From an uncultured Desulfobacter sp. (GTDB lineage: Bacteria > Desulfobacterota > Desulfobacteria > Desulfobacterales > Desulfobacteraceae): DNA of 64,000 bases. This document shows, one piece after another, positions 40,117 to 50,155 of the stretch; within the stretch, counting starts at the first letter, position 1, and each line of letters begins with the position of its first letter. The stretch is from positions 5,600,001-5,664,000 of the forward strand of contig OY762069.1 of assembly GCA_963665095.1 (NCBI GenBank), written 5' to 3'. The notes under the pieces were generated by a model that worked only from the letters and a program-made list of their open reading frames with translations, had not been told where the DNA came from and did no database searches. The translations under genes were made by a program, and so were the position numbers.

Positions 40117-41145
40117 ATGAAAGATGACATTACCTGGAAGATTATTCGTCTGTGTATGACCATTAATCAAAGGGCCATACAGATATATACCAAGCTTTCC
40201 AGGGCTGAAGAGATCAGGGAGCTGAAAGACTTCTGGATCCTTATGGCGGATGAAGAAAAAAGCCATGCCGTTTTCTGGAACAAGGTCGAGCAGGAGGCTG
40301 AAGATTTCATCTTTCCTTCTGTTTTTGATACGCCGCCGGATACCCAGAAAGCGTTATCCGACATCCTGGAAAAAATTGAGGTTCTCTCAGACCGCTGGGA
40401 AGAGAACAAATCAATGGAAAACGCACTGATTCTGGCCTATCGGCTGGAATACCACATGCTGGATCCGACCTTTGAACTGCTGTTTAACGCCTTAAAACCC
40501 TTTACTGCAGATATGGACCCATCAGGTACATATGACCGCCATATGCGCCGATTCATTGATATGTTCATTCAATACGGCCACATAACACCCGAGCTCGAAC
40601 TCTTGGGAGAAACCCTGCAAAGCCTTTGGCAGAGAAATAAGGTTCTGGTTGATATGGCCATGACCGACGGGTTGACCGGTCTGTTTAACCGGCGGGGGTT
40701 TCTGATTGTTGCCCAGGAATTGTTTTCCCTGTCCCAGCGAAGAAAGGAGAATATTGCGATCTTCATGATTGATATTGATCACTTTAAAAAAATTAACGAC
40801 CGGTATGGGCATCCAAAAGGGGACGCCGTGCTGAAGGGCGTGGCAAAATCCCTGAAGCGGGTTGTCCGGGAATCAGATGTGCTGTGCCGGTACGGCGGGG
40901 AGGAATTTGTCATCCTGTTTCCCGACATCCGGCCCTCTGCTGTGCCGCAGATGGCTGAAAAAATCAGGAAAGGAGTGGAAAAATCAAGACCGGAAAGTAT
41001 TTTTGTAACCGTCAGTATCGGGGTGAAGCAGGGTCTGGTTAAAAAGACTTCCGATAGGGCGTTTTTTTCCTGGATCTCAAAGGCCGATAACTGCTTGTAC
41101 AAGGCCAAATCCAGCGGCAGAAACTGCGTTGTGCATGATTACTGA
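40117..41145 (+). CDS. diguanylate cyclase with N-terminal ferritin/rubrerythrin-like domain
   Basis: MADEEKSH helix; DGLTGLFNRR, DIDHFKKIND, RESD I-site, GGEEF. Confidence 0.9.
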   Translation: MKDDITWKIIRLCMTINQRAIQIYTKLSRAEEIRELKDFWILMADEEKSHAVFWNKVEQEAEDFIFPSVFDTPPDTQKALSDILEKIEVLSDRWEENKSMENALILAYRLEYHMLDPTFELLFNALKPFTADMDPSGTYDRHMRRFIDMFIQYGHITPELELLGETLQSLWQRNKVLVDMAMTDGLTGLFNRRGFLIVAQELFSLSQRRKENIAIFMIDIDHFKKINDRYGHPKGDAVLKGVAKSLKRVVRESDVLCRYGGEEFVILFPDIRPSAVPQMAEKIRKGVEKSRPESIFVTVSIGVKQGLVKKTSDRAFFSWISKADNCLYKAKSSGRNCVVHDY

Positions 41146-41159
41146 AAAGGATTCTGTCC

Positions 41160-43016
41160 ATGTCAAACAAACCAGATCCGATTAACGCCATCCGGGAGAA
41201 ACTGCGCCGCCTCTTTGCCGGAACACAGGCCGCATCGGATAAGAAACCCGGGACTCCTCTTTTAAATTTTTGGACGGTTCTCATCATTTTCTGGGGGCTT
41301 TTCTATCTGCAGCAGTCTTTTTTTGCTCCCGGGGCAGAGACGATTCCCTACAGCCGGTTCAAGCAGTCCATGGCCGAGGGCAGCGTGGATGACATCCTGA
41401 TAGGCCCTGAGAAGATTGAAGGCATTCTCAAAGGGACACCGGGGCAGAAATTCGTTACCGTCCGGGTGAATGATCCGGGCCTTGCAAAAGAGATGGATGA
41501 GCGCAAGATCCAATATTCCGGCCGGACTGAGAACCGATTCTGGGGCATCCTTCTGTCCTGGGTCCTGCCCCTTGGCTTTCTCTTTCTGATCTGGCGGTTC
41601 ACCGCAAAAAATATGGGCGGCTCAGGGGTGATGTCCTTTGGTAAAAATAAGGCCAAGATTTTTGCAGAGAGCGACACCCGGGTCTCTTTTGAGGATGTGG
41701 CCGGCATTGACGAGGCCCGGGAGGAACTGGAAGAGGTTGTGGATTTTTTAACCACCCCGGAAAAATTTCAGAAACTGGGGGGACGGATCCCCAAAGGCGT
41801 CCTTCTGGTAGGACCGCCTGGAACCGGCAAAACCCTTCTGGCAAGGGTGGTGGCCGGTGAGGCAAAGGTGCCGTTTTTCAGCATCAACGGCTCCGAATTC
41901 GTGGAGATGTTTGTGGGGGTCGGTGCGGCCAGGGTCCGGGATCTTTTCTCCCAGGCTGCGGCCCAGGCCCCATGCATCATTTTTATCGACGAACTGGATG
42001 CCCTGGGCAAGGCCCGGGGAATGAATGCCATGGGGGGCCATGACGAACGGGAGCAGACCTTGAACCAGCTTCTGGTGGAGATGGACGGCTTTGATACCAA
42101 TAAGGGGGTCATCATCATGGCCGCTACCAACCGGCCGGAAATCCTGGATCCGGCACTCCTGCGCCCCGGACGCCTGGACCGGCAGGTCCTGGTGGACCGG
42201 CCGGATATCAACGGCCGGGAAGCCATTCTGAAAATCCACTCCAGACAGGTGGTTCTGGGGGATGATGTGGATCTTTCCAAGATCGCCGGCCGCACACCCG
42301 GTTTTGTGGGTGCGGATCTTGCCAATATTGTCAATGAGAGTGCCCTGCTGGCGGCCAGAAGCAACAAGGACATGGTGGAACCCAGTGATTTTGACGAGGC
42401 CATCGACCGGGTGATCGGGGGGCTTCAAAAAAAGAACCGGGTGATGAATGCCAGAGAAAAAGAGATAGTGGCCTTTCATGAGTCCGGCCATGCCATTGTG
42501 GCCGAATCCGTTGCCCTTGCCGACCCTGTCCATAAAATATCCATCCTTCCCCGGGGGATCGCAGCCCTGGGATACACCCAGCAGCAGCCCACCGAAGACA
42601 GATACCTGATGACACGGTCTGAACTGCTCGACCGCCTGGCCGTGCTTCTGGGCGGCCGGGTGGCAGAGGAGCTGGTATTTAAAGAGACATCAACCGGGGC
42701 CCAGAATGACCTCCAGCGGGCAACGGACATCATCCGGTCCATGGTGGCGGAATACGGCATGAATGAAAAGATCGGCCTTGTCAGCTATGACCGCCCCCGA
42801 ACCCCCGTGTTTCTGCCCCAGGGGTATTCTTCTGAAAAAAATTACAGTGAAGAAACCGCGGCCAGGATGGATGAAGCGGTCTCACTGATGATGGAGGAGG
42901 CCCATCTGCGGGTGCACAAGATCCTTTCAGACAAAAGGGCGCTGCTGGATAAGCTGGCCGCACTTCTCGCCATCCAGGAAACCGTCCGGGGGGAAGAACT
43001 CAGAGCCATGATGTGA
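41160..43016 (+). CDS. ftsH: ATP-dependent zinc metalloprotease FtsH (accessory paralogue)
   Basis: Two TM segments, [11 protein letters not shown] pore loop, IDELD, HESGH, GAQND. Confidence 0.97.
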   Translation: MSNKPDPINAIREKLRRLFAGTQAASDKKPGTPLLNFWTVLIIFWGLFYLQQSFFAPGAETIPYSRFKQSMAEGSVDDILIGPEKIEGILKGTPGQKFVTVRVNDPGLAKEMDERKIQYSGRTENRFWGILLSWVLPLGFLFLIWRFTAKNMGGSGVMSFGKNKAKIFAESDTRVSFEDVAGIDEAREELEEVVDFLTTPEKFQKLGGRIPKGVLLVGPPGTGKTLLARVVAGEAKVPFFSINGSEFVEMFVGVGAARVRDLFSQAAAQAPCIIFIDELDALGKARGMNAMGGHDEREQTLNQLLVEMDGFDTNKGVIIMAATNRPEILDPALLRPGRLDRQVLVDRPDINGREAILKIHSRQVVLGDDVDLSKIAGRTPGFVGADLANIVNESALLAARSNKDMVEPSDFDEAIDRVIGGLQKKNRVMNAREKEIVAFHESGHAIVAESVALADPVHKISILPRGIAALGYTQQQPTEDRYLMTRSELLDRLAVLLGGRVAEELVFKETSTGAQNDLQRATDIIRSMVAEYGMNEKIGLVSYDRPRTPVFLPQGYSSEKNYSEETAARMDEAVSLMMEEAHLRVHKILSDKRALLDKLAALLAIQETVRGEELRAMM

Positions 43017-43108
43017 GCGCACCCATTGTTGAGCGGCGGCAAGGGTGCGCGGCAGCAATAGTGTGACGCGGCCAGAAAAACCAGCGACCAGAAAAACCAT
43101 GGGAGGGC

Positions 43109-43483
43109 ATGATGAAAAAACCCAAGAAAAAAATACACCGGCTGACCAATGACAGCTTGACCAATGACAGCAAAGACGACTGGATCGAATTCGGCAAAGA
43201 AGAAGGGGAAAACTGGATTAAAAATATGTCAAATGATGACGCCTGCAGGGTGGCAATCAATGCATCGGATTTTGACGATGCCGAAGAAACCCTGAACCGG
43301 CAGGACGACTACCAGTATGACTATTTCAAGAATGATTTCAGATACAGATTTGAAGAACTCTGGTCAGCAGTAAATAAAACCTGCGTCCCTGATTGGGATG
43401 TTGAAGAATATCGGTTTTTCAAACAGGGATGGATCCATGCGGTCAGGGAATTTGGCCGGGATATCATGAATGACAATCAATAA
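43109..43483 (+). CDS. acidic hypothetical protein
   Basis: GGAGG RBS, 124 aa, internal LTNDS duplication. Confidence 0.6.
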   Translation: MMKKPKKKIHRLTNDSLTNDSKDDWIEFGKEEGENWIKNMSNDDACRVAINASDFDDAEETLNRQDDYQYDYFKNDFRYRFEELWSAVNKTCVPDWDVEEYRFFKQGWIHAVREFGRDIMNDNQ

Positions 43484-43504
43484 TGGATTCCAAGGGTAAA
43501 AAAA

Positions 43505-43910
43505 GTGGGACAATATCATCTGGAAAGCATGTTCGACCCCCGTCGAATCGCAGTGGTGGGGGCCAGTGAAAAAAAAGGATCTATCGGGCGCGCACTGATG
43601 GAAAACCTTAGGAAAGGCGGGTTCACCGGCACGATACTGCCTGTGAATCCCAGGTATGGCACCCTTTACGGATATGAGTGTGTGAAATCGGTATGCGATT
43701 TGGATCCCGGGGTGGACCTTGCCATTATCGCCACCCCCATTCACACCGGGGCCATGGCGGGGGAAGACGCTGTGTATGATGCGGCCTTCAAGCGCGCTGG
43801 CGGAAAACCGGAATATGATCATGATGGGTAAAAAGATGGGGTTTGAGGTTAAAAGAGATCCTGACACCCATGACATCAATCTCATCATTCATCTGGGAAA
43901 TAAGAAATAA
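43505..43910 (+). pseudogene. collapsed remnant of an acyl-CoA-synthetase/GNAT (Pat-like) gene
   Basis: IAVVGAS...DLAIIATP joined to HTGAMAGEDAVYDAAFKRAG, joined to a GNAT-like tail LAENRNMI...KKMGF. Confidence 0.78.
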
Positions 43911-43945
43911 TGCGGCCAACCCCCAAAAAAACAGGAGAAGCAGCC

Positions 43946-44137
43946 ATGAACCTTTCACAGTTAGCAATTTTAATCCTTATCGGCGTTCTGTTCTGGGCGG
44001 CCAACAATTACGTTCCCATGGGCAAAAGAGCCCGGCAGGTGCTTACCATTATCGCTGTCATTGCCTTTGTTATGTGGCTGGGCAGTCTGTTCGGGATATC
44101 CGTGTCCGTGGGGGCTTTTGCATCGGCAATTAAGTGA
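43946..44137 (+). CDS. small two-TM membrane protein (Thivi_2564-like)
   Basis: AGGAG RBS; IGVLFWAANNYVPM...VMWL pattern. Confidence 0.7.
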   Translation: MNLSQLAILILIGVLFWAANNYVPMGKRARQVLTIIAVIAFVMWLGSLFGISVSVGAFASAIK

Positions 44138-44199
44138 TGTCAACGGTTCAGGTCTTTTCAACACATCCATATTTATGGACAAATTTAAGGAAATTTAAA

Positions 44200-44691
44200 A
44201 TGAAATGTCATTGTATTAAAAGAGTCATTGTGGCCCTGTTTATCGGTTTAATCTTTATGCCGCCTATTAATGCCTTTGGTCAGGATGCAAACCAAGGCAT
44301 TCACCGGGACGGATATGGTTCACTGAGTAACCAAGGGCAGGATCCCGATGAAATCATACAATATGGACAGGGTATGATGCGATACGGTTTTCGGGAAACG
44401 GCAATGTCGGGCGGGTCCAATAAATACCCGGGATATGATAGAAATTTAAGTGATGTCATTGTAAGAAAGCTGAATACAGAGCAGGAAGCGTTTATCAAGT
44501 CAACGGAAACCCTCAGGCAGACAATTTATGAAAAAGAACTCTACCTGAAGGCCGAACTTGTCAAGAAATCTCCGGATACCGTTACCGCCCTGGGTATTCA
44601 AAAAGCCATCTCCGATGCCAAGGGGATGTTTGAACAAAAGATGATTGAACATATCATCCGGATGAAAAAAATCAATCTGGCAGCCGATTAA
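44200..44691 (+). CDS. periplasmic ZraP/Spy/CpxP-like protein
   Basis: Signal peptide, Gly/Met-rich segment, FIKSTETLRQTIYEKELYLKAEL...PD helical domain. Confidence 0.65.
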   Translation: MKCHCIKRVIVALFIGLIFMPPINAFGQDANQGIHRDGYGSLSNQGQDPDEIIQYGQGMMRYGFRETAMSGGSNKYPGYDRNLSDVIVRKLNTEQEAFIKSTETLRQTIYEKELYLKAELVKKSPDTVTALGIQKAISDAKGMFEQKMIEHIIRMKKINLAAD

Positions 44692-44797
44692 CCTGAGGAT
44701 ACGTTGATCCACACCCTGTCATAACACCACCAGTTAAGGTTTTCCCGGGTGTCTGCCGCTGGCCATGCTTTTTGTGTGGAAGACGGCAGATACCGCA

Positions 44798-44809
44798 GGG
44801 GGGGGGGGG
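44798..44809 (+). repeat. G12 homopolymer running into UAS 2
   Basis: Direct reading of the sequence. Confidence 0.85.
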
Positions 44810-44839
44810 TCACATATGACCGTTTGGAGCCATATGATC
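44808..44839 (+). promoter_or_regulatory. tandem upstream activator sequence 2 (GGTCACATATGACC-N4-GGAGCCATATGATC)
   Basis: First box 13 of 14 identical to 35616-35629; same 4-nt spacer; 131 bp upstream of TGGCAC. Confidence 0.7.
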
Positions 44840-44938
44840 TTTTTTCTTCCCCTTACAAAGACGTGGCATAGCATATTTCAATCTTAATTTTCCATATGAA
44901 TCAATAGGTTAAAAAGTCTACGCCCAGATATCCTGTCC

Positions 44939-44954
44939 TGGCACGTAACGTGAA
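44939..44954 (+). promoter_or_regulatory. probable sigma54 promoter with non-consensus -12 element
   Basis: TGGCAC-GTAAC-GTGA; supported by the UAS at the same distance as in promoter 1. Confidence 0.55.
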
Positions 44955-44995
44955 CTGTTAGGTTCCAGGACATCCCACTTAAAGGAGAAGCGGAT

Positions 44996-45745
44996 ATGAA
45001 AAGCACAGCTAAAGAAACAGTGTACCCTCCCGGGTATTATGGTAAAAAAATGATGAGCGCCTCAGATTGGGCCGGTACGCAAATCAGACAATGGGAACGG
45101 GCCCAGGCGGAACTGAAAACAGCCAACCATTTTTCACAAAAGCAGTGTATCTGTTTATCCCGCGGGATAGGAGCCGGTGCACTGGAGGTTGCGGATTCCC
45201 TTTCAAAACTAACAGGCTACCGTGTGATCGATAAAGAGATTATCGAATATATGGCAAGGGACTCTTCTCTCACCGAGTATATCATTGCGTTTTTTGATGA
45301 GCGGTTTCCAGGAAAGATAAATGAACTGCTTGTCTCACTCTCCATTGAAAAGAGATTTTTTAAAAACGATTATGTCAAGCAGCTGGCAAAAACGGTTACC
45401 GCATTATCTCATACTGAACCGACGATATTTGTTGGCCGGGGAACCCACCTGATTCTTCCCCGTCATAACATTCTATCGGTACAATTGGTGTGCAGCAAAA
45501 AGCGCCGGATTGAAAAACTTGCCAATACACTGGGTATAGGGAACCGTGACGCAGAGGCAAAATTAAAGATCATTGATAATGACCATCATGACTTTTTCAA
45601 AAATATTTTTCTCAGGGAAACAACATCCCCGGATGAATTCGATCTGGTCATTCATATGGATCACATTACCCAGGAACATCAGGTGGCTCAAATCATCGCG
45701 TGCGCCTTTGAGCAAAAATTTAGCATCACGCTCCAGGGCAGATGA
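44996..45745 (+). CDS. cytidylate kinase-like family protein
   Basis: ICLSRGIGAGA, IDKEII, IFVGRG, FDLVI. Confidence 0.82.
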   Translation: MKSTAKETVYPPGYYGKKMMSASDWAGTQIRQWERAQAELKTANHFSQKQCICLSRGIGAGALEVADSLSKLTGYRVIDKEIIEYMARDSSLTEYIIAFFDERFPGKINELLVSLSIEKRFFKNDYVKQLAKTVTALSHTEPTIFVGRGTHLILPRHNILSVQLVCSKKRRIEKLANTLGIGNRDAEAKLKIIDNDHHDFFKNIFLRETTSPDEFDLVIHMDHITQEHQVAQIIACAFEQKFSITLQGR

Positions 45746-45955
45746 TGTGACAAAGTTAACCTTTGCTTAAAGCGATCTTCCAGGGATGACCGATCCTATC
45801 TCCTCCTAATTGTCCGGCCTTATATTTACGGTCCATGACCGGCGAACAGGCCCCCAGTCAGATGGGATAGATGCATGGCATGGTCCGGGACGCCCCGGCC
45901 ATGCTGCAAAACAACAAAGATCATTTAAAAACCCAGGTAGCGGAGGAATAATAAA

Positions 45956-46114
45956 ATGCTGTGGATCATCGTTGCAATACTGACAATTCTGTGGCTGGTG
46001 GGATTTATGAACAGCTGCACAATGGGAGGGTTTCTCCATATTCTTCTGGTGCCGGCTGTCATCATACTGGTCTTTGATCTGCTGCAGAGCAGAAAGATTG
46101 GTTCGAAAAATTAA
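45956..46114 (+). CDS. lmo0937-like small membrane protein (52 aa)
   Basis: [25 protein letters not shown]...[10 protein letters not shown]; below the ORF-track cut-off. Confidence 0.8.
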   Translation: MLWIIVAILTILWLVGFMNSCTMGGFLHILLVPAVIILVFDLLQSRKIGSKN

Positions 46115-46165
46115 AAATTACGGTGGATATCCAACAAGCAGTCAAAGAAATGGAGCTTACTTACG

Positions 46166-47758
46166 ATGTCAAAAGAAATTAGATATGATGCACAAGCCCG
46201 TGAAGCCATTCTCCGGGGGGTGAGGACACTTGCAGATGCCGTTGTGGTGACCCTGGGACCTAAGGGCAGAAACGTGGTTATTGAAAAATCCTGGGGATCC
46301 CCCATGGTCACCAAGGACGGTGTCACCGTTGCAAGTGAAATTGAGATTCAGGACAAGTTTGAAAATATGGGTGCCCAGATGGTGAAGGAGGCTGCCAGCA
46401 AGACGTCTGATTTGGCCGGGGACGGTACAACCACGGCGACCGTTCTGGCCCGGGCCATCTATGAAAACGGCCAGAAACTGGTGGTTGCCGGACACAACCC
46501 CATGTGGATTAAAAGAGGGATAGACAAAGCAGTGGTCAGAGTCGTTGAAACCCTTGAAACAATGGCGACACCCACCAGAAATCACAATGACATCGCCCAG
46601 GTCGGCACCATCTCGGCCAACAGCGATGAGGCCATTGGCAATATTATTGCTGAGGCTATGAACAGGGTCGGAAAAGAAGGGGTGATTACGGTTGAAGAGG
46701 CCAAAACAACCGAGACCACCCTTGAGGTTGTGGAAGGCATGCAGTTTGACCGCGGATACCTCTCTCCCTATTTTATAACCGATACTGAAAAGATGAATGT
46801 ATCACTTGAGAATCCCTATGTCCTGATTTGTGAAAAACCCATTTCCGCCATGAAAAACCTGCTTCCGGTGCTTGAACAGACGGCAAAAGCGGGACGCCCC
46901 ATATTTATCATTGCCGAAGATGTTTCCGGCGACGCCCTTGCCACCCTTGTGGTCAACAAACTCCGCGGCAGTCTGGATGTGGCAGCGGTCAAGGCGCCCG
47001 GCTTTGGCGACAGGAAAAAAGAGATGCTGGAGGACATTGCCGTTTTAACCGGCGGTCAGGTTGTTTCCGAGGATCTGGGAATCAAACTTGAAAATATCAC
47101 CCTGCAGGATCTGGGGCAGGCAAAAAGCATCCTTATTGATAAAGACACCTGCATCATTGTTGACGGGGCAGGGTCCGGTGCAGCCCTTAAGGGCCGCGTC
47201 AAAATGCTCCGCGCCCAGGTCGAAGAGACCAGCTCAGACTATGACAGGCAAAAGCTTCAGGAACGGCTTGCCAAGCTGATTGGCGGTGTTGCCGTCATCA
47301 ATGTCGGAGCGGCCACCGAAACTGAAATGAAAGAGAAAAAAGCCCGGGTGGAGGACGCCCTGAATGCCACACGGGCGGCAGTTGAAGAAGGTATTGTTCC
47401 CGGCGGCGGCGTGGCCCTGGTCAGATGCCTTCCCGCCCTTGAGGCGCTTACCCTTGAAGGAGAGGAGCAACTGGGGGTCCGGGTGATTGCAAGGGCCATT
47501 GAAGCCCCCTTGCGAAAAATTGCCGATAATGCCGGGGTTGAGGGCGCCGTTGTTATCGATAAGGTCAAAGCGGGTCAGGGCGCCTTTGGTTACAACGCCA
47601 GAACCAATGTTTATGAGGACCTGATTGCCGCCGGCGTTATGGACCCGAAAAAAGTGGTTCGCCTGGCCCTCCAGAATGCAGCCAGTGTCGCATCAATTAT
47701 GCTGACCACCCAGGCCATGATTTGTGAAAAAGCGGATCAGACAGATAAGGAGGGATAA
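46166..47758 (+). CDS. groL: chaperonin GroEL paralogue (no adjacent groES, no GGM tail)
   Basis: [43 protein letters not shown]. Confidence 0.97.
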   Translation: MSKEIRYDAQAREAILRGVRTLADAVVVTLGPKGRNVVIEKSWGSPMVTKDGVTVASEIEIQDKFENMGAQMVKEAASKTSDLAGDGTTTATVLARAIYENGQKLVVAGHNPMWIKRGIDKAVVRVVETLETMATPTRNHNDIAQVGTISANSDEAIGNIIAEAMNRVGKEGVITVEEAKTTETTLEVVEGMQFDRGYLSPYFITDTEKMNVSLENPYVLICEKPISAMKNLLPVLEQTAKAGRPIFIIAEDVSGDALATLVVNKLRGSLDVAAVKAPGFGDRKKEMLEDIAVLTGGQVVSEDLGIKLENITLQDLGQAKSILIDKDTCIIVDGAGSGAALKGRVKMLRAQVEETSSDYDRQKLQERLAKLIGGVAVINVGAATETEMKEKKARVEDALNATRAAVEEGIVPGGGVALVRCLPALEALTLEGEEQLGVRVIARAIEAPLRKIADNAGVEGAVVIDKVKAGQGAFGYNARTNVYEDLIAAGVMDPKKVVRLALQNAASVASIMLTTQAMICEKADQTDKEG

Positions 47759-50056
47759 ATGGTAGCGAATGGACAATCCTTTGAGGGGATCGATTCTGTT
47801 GCCGTCATCGGTAACTATCTGCCCAGGCAATGCGGCATTGCAACCTTTACACGGGATCTGGTTGAGGGCCTGTCCGACAGGGCAAAGAATACCCATTGCT
47901 GGGCGGTTGCCATGAACGACTGTATAGAGGGGTATGCATATCCTGAAAAAGTACGCTTTGAAATCAATCAGAACAAATTGGCCGATTATGGCATTGCCGC
48001 CCAGTTCTTGAATATCAGCCACACCGATATTGTCTGCCTTCAGCATGAATTCGGTATCTTCGGGGGCCCGGCCGGCAGCCATGTTCTCAAGCTTCTTTCA
48101 GATTTGCATATGCCGGTGGTGACAACACTGCATACCGTGTTGAAAGATCCCTCCCCCGAATACCGCAGCGTGATGGTCAAGCTGGGAGAGTTGTCAGATA
48201 AACTGGTGGTCATGAGCCGAAAGGCGGAACATTTTCTCCATGAGGTCTATGGGATTCCCAGGGAAAAAGTCGCCTTTATCCATCACGGTATTCCGGACAT
48301 GCCCTTTATCGACTCCAGTTTTCACAAAGACAAATTTGACGTGGAAGGCAAAAAGGTGTTGCTCACCTTTGGCCTGCTCTCGCCCAACAAGGGAATCGAA
48401 ACCGTGCTCCAGGCACTTCCGGCTGTCATCGAAAAATATCCGGAAGTGGTGTATATCATCCTGGGCACCACCCACCCCCATGTCCTGAAAACCAACGGGG
48501 ATGCCTATCGGATCATGCTCCAGCAGATGGTTCACACGCTGAATATCAGCGACCATGTCATTTTTCAGAATAATTTTGTCGCCTTGAGAGAGCTGTGTGA
48601 ATTCCTGGGCATTGCAGATATTTACATCACTCCCTATCTTGAAGAGGCCCAGATCACCTCCGGAACCCTTGCCTATGCCATGGGAACCGGCAAAGCCGTG
48701 ATTTCAACCCCTTACTGGTATGCGCAGGAAATGCTGGCAGAGGGCCGGGGGCACCTTGTCCCCTTCAACAGCCCCAATGCCCTGGCAGAACAGATTAACG
48801 CGCTTTTAGGCGATGATAACCAGCGGCATGCCATCCGGAAAAAAGCATACACATTCACAAGGGATGCGGTATGGTCAAAAGTCTGTCAAAATTATCTCGA
48901 CCTCTTCAGCGAGGTGCGGCACAACCGGATCCGGCATCCCAGACCCAGGCATTCCTATGTGTCACACATCAAAGCCATTACCCGCTTTGACCTGCCCGAG
49001 ATCAAGCTGGACCACTTGAAAGCCATGACCGATGACACCGGCATGCTCCAGCATGCCAATTATACCATTCCAGACAGACGTCATGGATACTGCACGGATG
49101 ACAATGCCAGAGCGCTGCTGGCCGCAGCCATGGGCCAGAAACATCTGCCGACCAACGGCCTTGGCCTGGATGCCTTGAGCGGCCATTACTTAGGGTTCCT
49201 CTTATACGCCTACAATAAAAAAAACGGACGGTTCCGCAACTTCATGACCTATGAAAGGCAATGGGCTGAGGAGATCGGATCCGAGGATTCCCATGGCCGG
49301 GCCCTCTGGTGTCTGGGTAAGGCCGTGGCTTTTCTGGATAATCCAGGCCATCTGGCCATGAGCACGGTTCTGTTTAAAAAGGCATTGATTGCGGCCGAAA
49401 GTTTCAGGTCCCCAAGGGCTGTTGCATTCTGCCTGGTGGGTCTGGATGCCTACCTGGACAAATTCTTCGGTGACAGTGATGCAAGAAGAATCAGGGATGT
49501 TCTGGCCCAAAGAGTATTCAGTCAGTTTTGTGAAAACAAGACCGGGGACTGGCCCTGGGTCGAGGATACCTTGAACTATGGCAATGCCAGACTCTCCCAT
49601 GCCCTTCTGGTTTCAGGTCATAGAATGAAAGATAAGGAAATGGTGACGATGGGCCTGGACAGTCTTTTATGGCTGCTCTCCATCCAGACGTCGGATCATC
49701 ATTTTGCCCCGGTGGGCTGCAACGGCTGGTATGGCAAAAAAGGGAAGCGGGCGGCCAGGTTTGACCAGCAGCCCATCGAAGCCCAAACCATGGTTGAGGC
49801 ATGTGCGGCAGCCTTCCGCATTACCCGGGACCGGCAATGGTTTGACCGTGCGGTCATCTGTTTTAACTGGTTTCTGGGGCACAATGATCTGAACATGCCC
49901 TTGTATGACCCCAAGACCGGAGGATGCCGGGACGGCCTGATGGTGGACGGTATCAACCAGAACCAGGGAGCGGAATCAACCCTTGCCTGGCTTTTGTCCC
50001 TGATGACGCTGCAGAAACTCTATGCGGATGAACTGTTGAATCAGTCTTCCCCCTGA
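47759..50056 (+). CDS. GT4 glycosyltransferase fused to a probable (alpha/alpha)-toroid domain
   Basis: PRQCGIATFT, QHEFGIFGG, KGIE, SGTLAYA; C-terminal GYCTDDNARAL, FDQQP, NQGAEST. Confidence 0.88.
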   Translation: MVANGQSFEGIDSVAVIGNYLPRQCGIATFTRDLVEGLSDRAKNTHCWAVAMNDCIEGYAYPEKVRFEINQNKLADYGIAAQFLNISHTDIVCLQHEFGIFGGPAGSHVLKLLSDLHMPVVTTLHTVLKDPSPEYRSVMVKLGELSDKLVVMSRKAEHFLHEVYGIPREKVAFIHHGIPDMPFIDSSFHKDKFDVEGKKVLLTFGLLSPNKGIETVLQALPAVIEKYPEVVYIILGTTHPHVLKTNGDAYRIMLQQMVHTLNISDHVIFQNNFVALRELCEFLGIADIYITPYLEEAQITSGTLAYAMGTGKAVISTPYWYAQEMLAEGRGHLVPFNSPNALAEQINALLGDDNQRHAIRKKAYTFTRDAVWSKVCQNYLDLFSEVRHNRIRHPRPRHSYVSHIKAITRFDLPEIKLDHLKAMTDDTGMLQHANYTIPDRRHGYCTDDNARALLAAAMGQKHLPTNGLGLDALSGHYLGFLLYAYNKKNGRFRNFMTYERQWAEEIGSEDSHGRALWCLGKAVAFLDNPGHLAMSTVLFKKALIAAESFRSPRAVAFCLVGLDAYLDKFFGDSDARRIRDVLAQRVFSQFCENKTGDWPWVEDTLNYGNARLSHALLVSGHRMKDKEMVTMGLDSLLWLLSIQTSDHHFAPVGCNGWYGKKGKRAARFDQQPIEAQTMVEACAAAFRITRDRQWFDRAVICFNWFLGHNDLNMPLYDPKTGGCRDGLMVDGINQNQGAESTLAWLLSLMTLQKLYADELLNQSSP

Positions 50057-50130
50057 TCAATAGAACTTGATTAATAGAACTTGGTCAATAGAACCTGATC
50101 AATAAAAGTTGGTCAATAAAAGTTGGTCAA
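50054..50130 (+). repeat. 14-bp tandem repeat TGRTYAATARAASY x 5.5 beginning at the upstream stop codon
   Basis: tgatcaatagaact / tgattaatagaact / tggtcaatagaacc / tgatcaataaaagt / tggtcaataaaagt / tggtcaa. Confidence 0.9.
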
Positions 50131-50155
50131 GGGACTCACTATAAAGGAAAATTTT

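Noticed and set aside
39376..42533. Long antisense ORFs (e.g. 39376-40266, 41748-42533; also 6006-6800, 12731-13369, 50519-51181)
   Set aside because: They are shadows of well-supported genes on the opposite strand and show no motifs.
44996..45745. Calling this gene cmk
   Set aside because: The P-loop is degenerate (SRGIGAGA, no Lys); it fits the uncharacterised CMK-like family.
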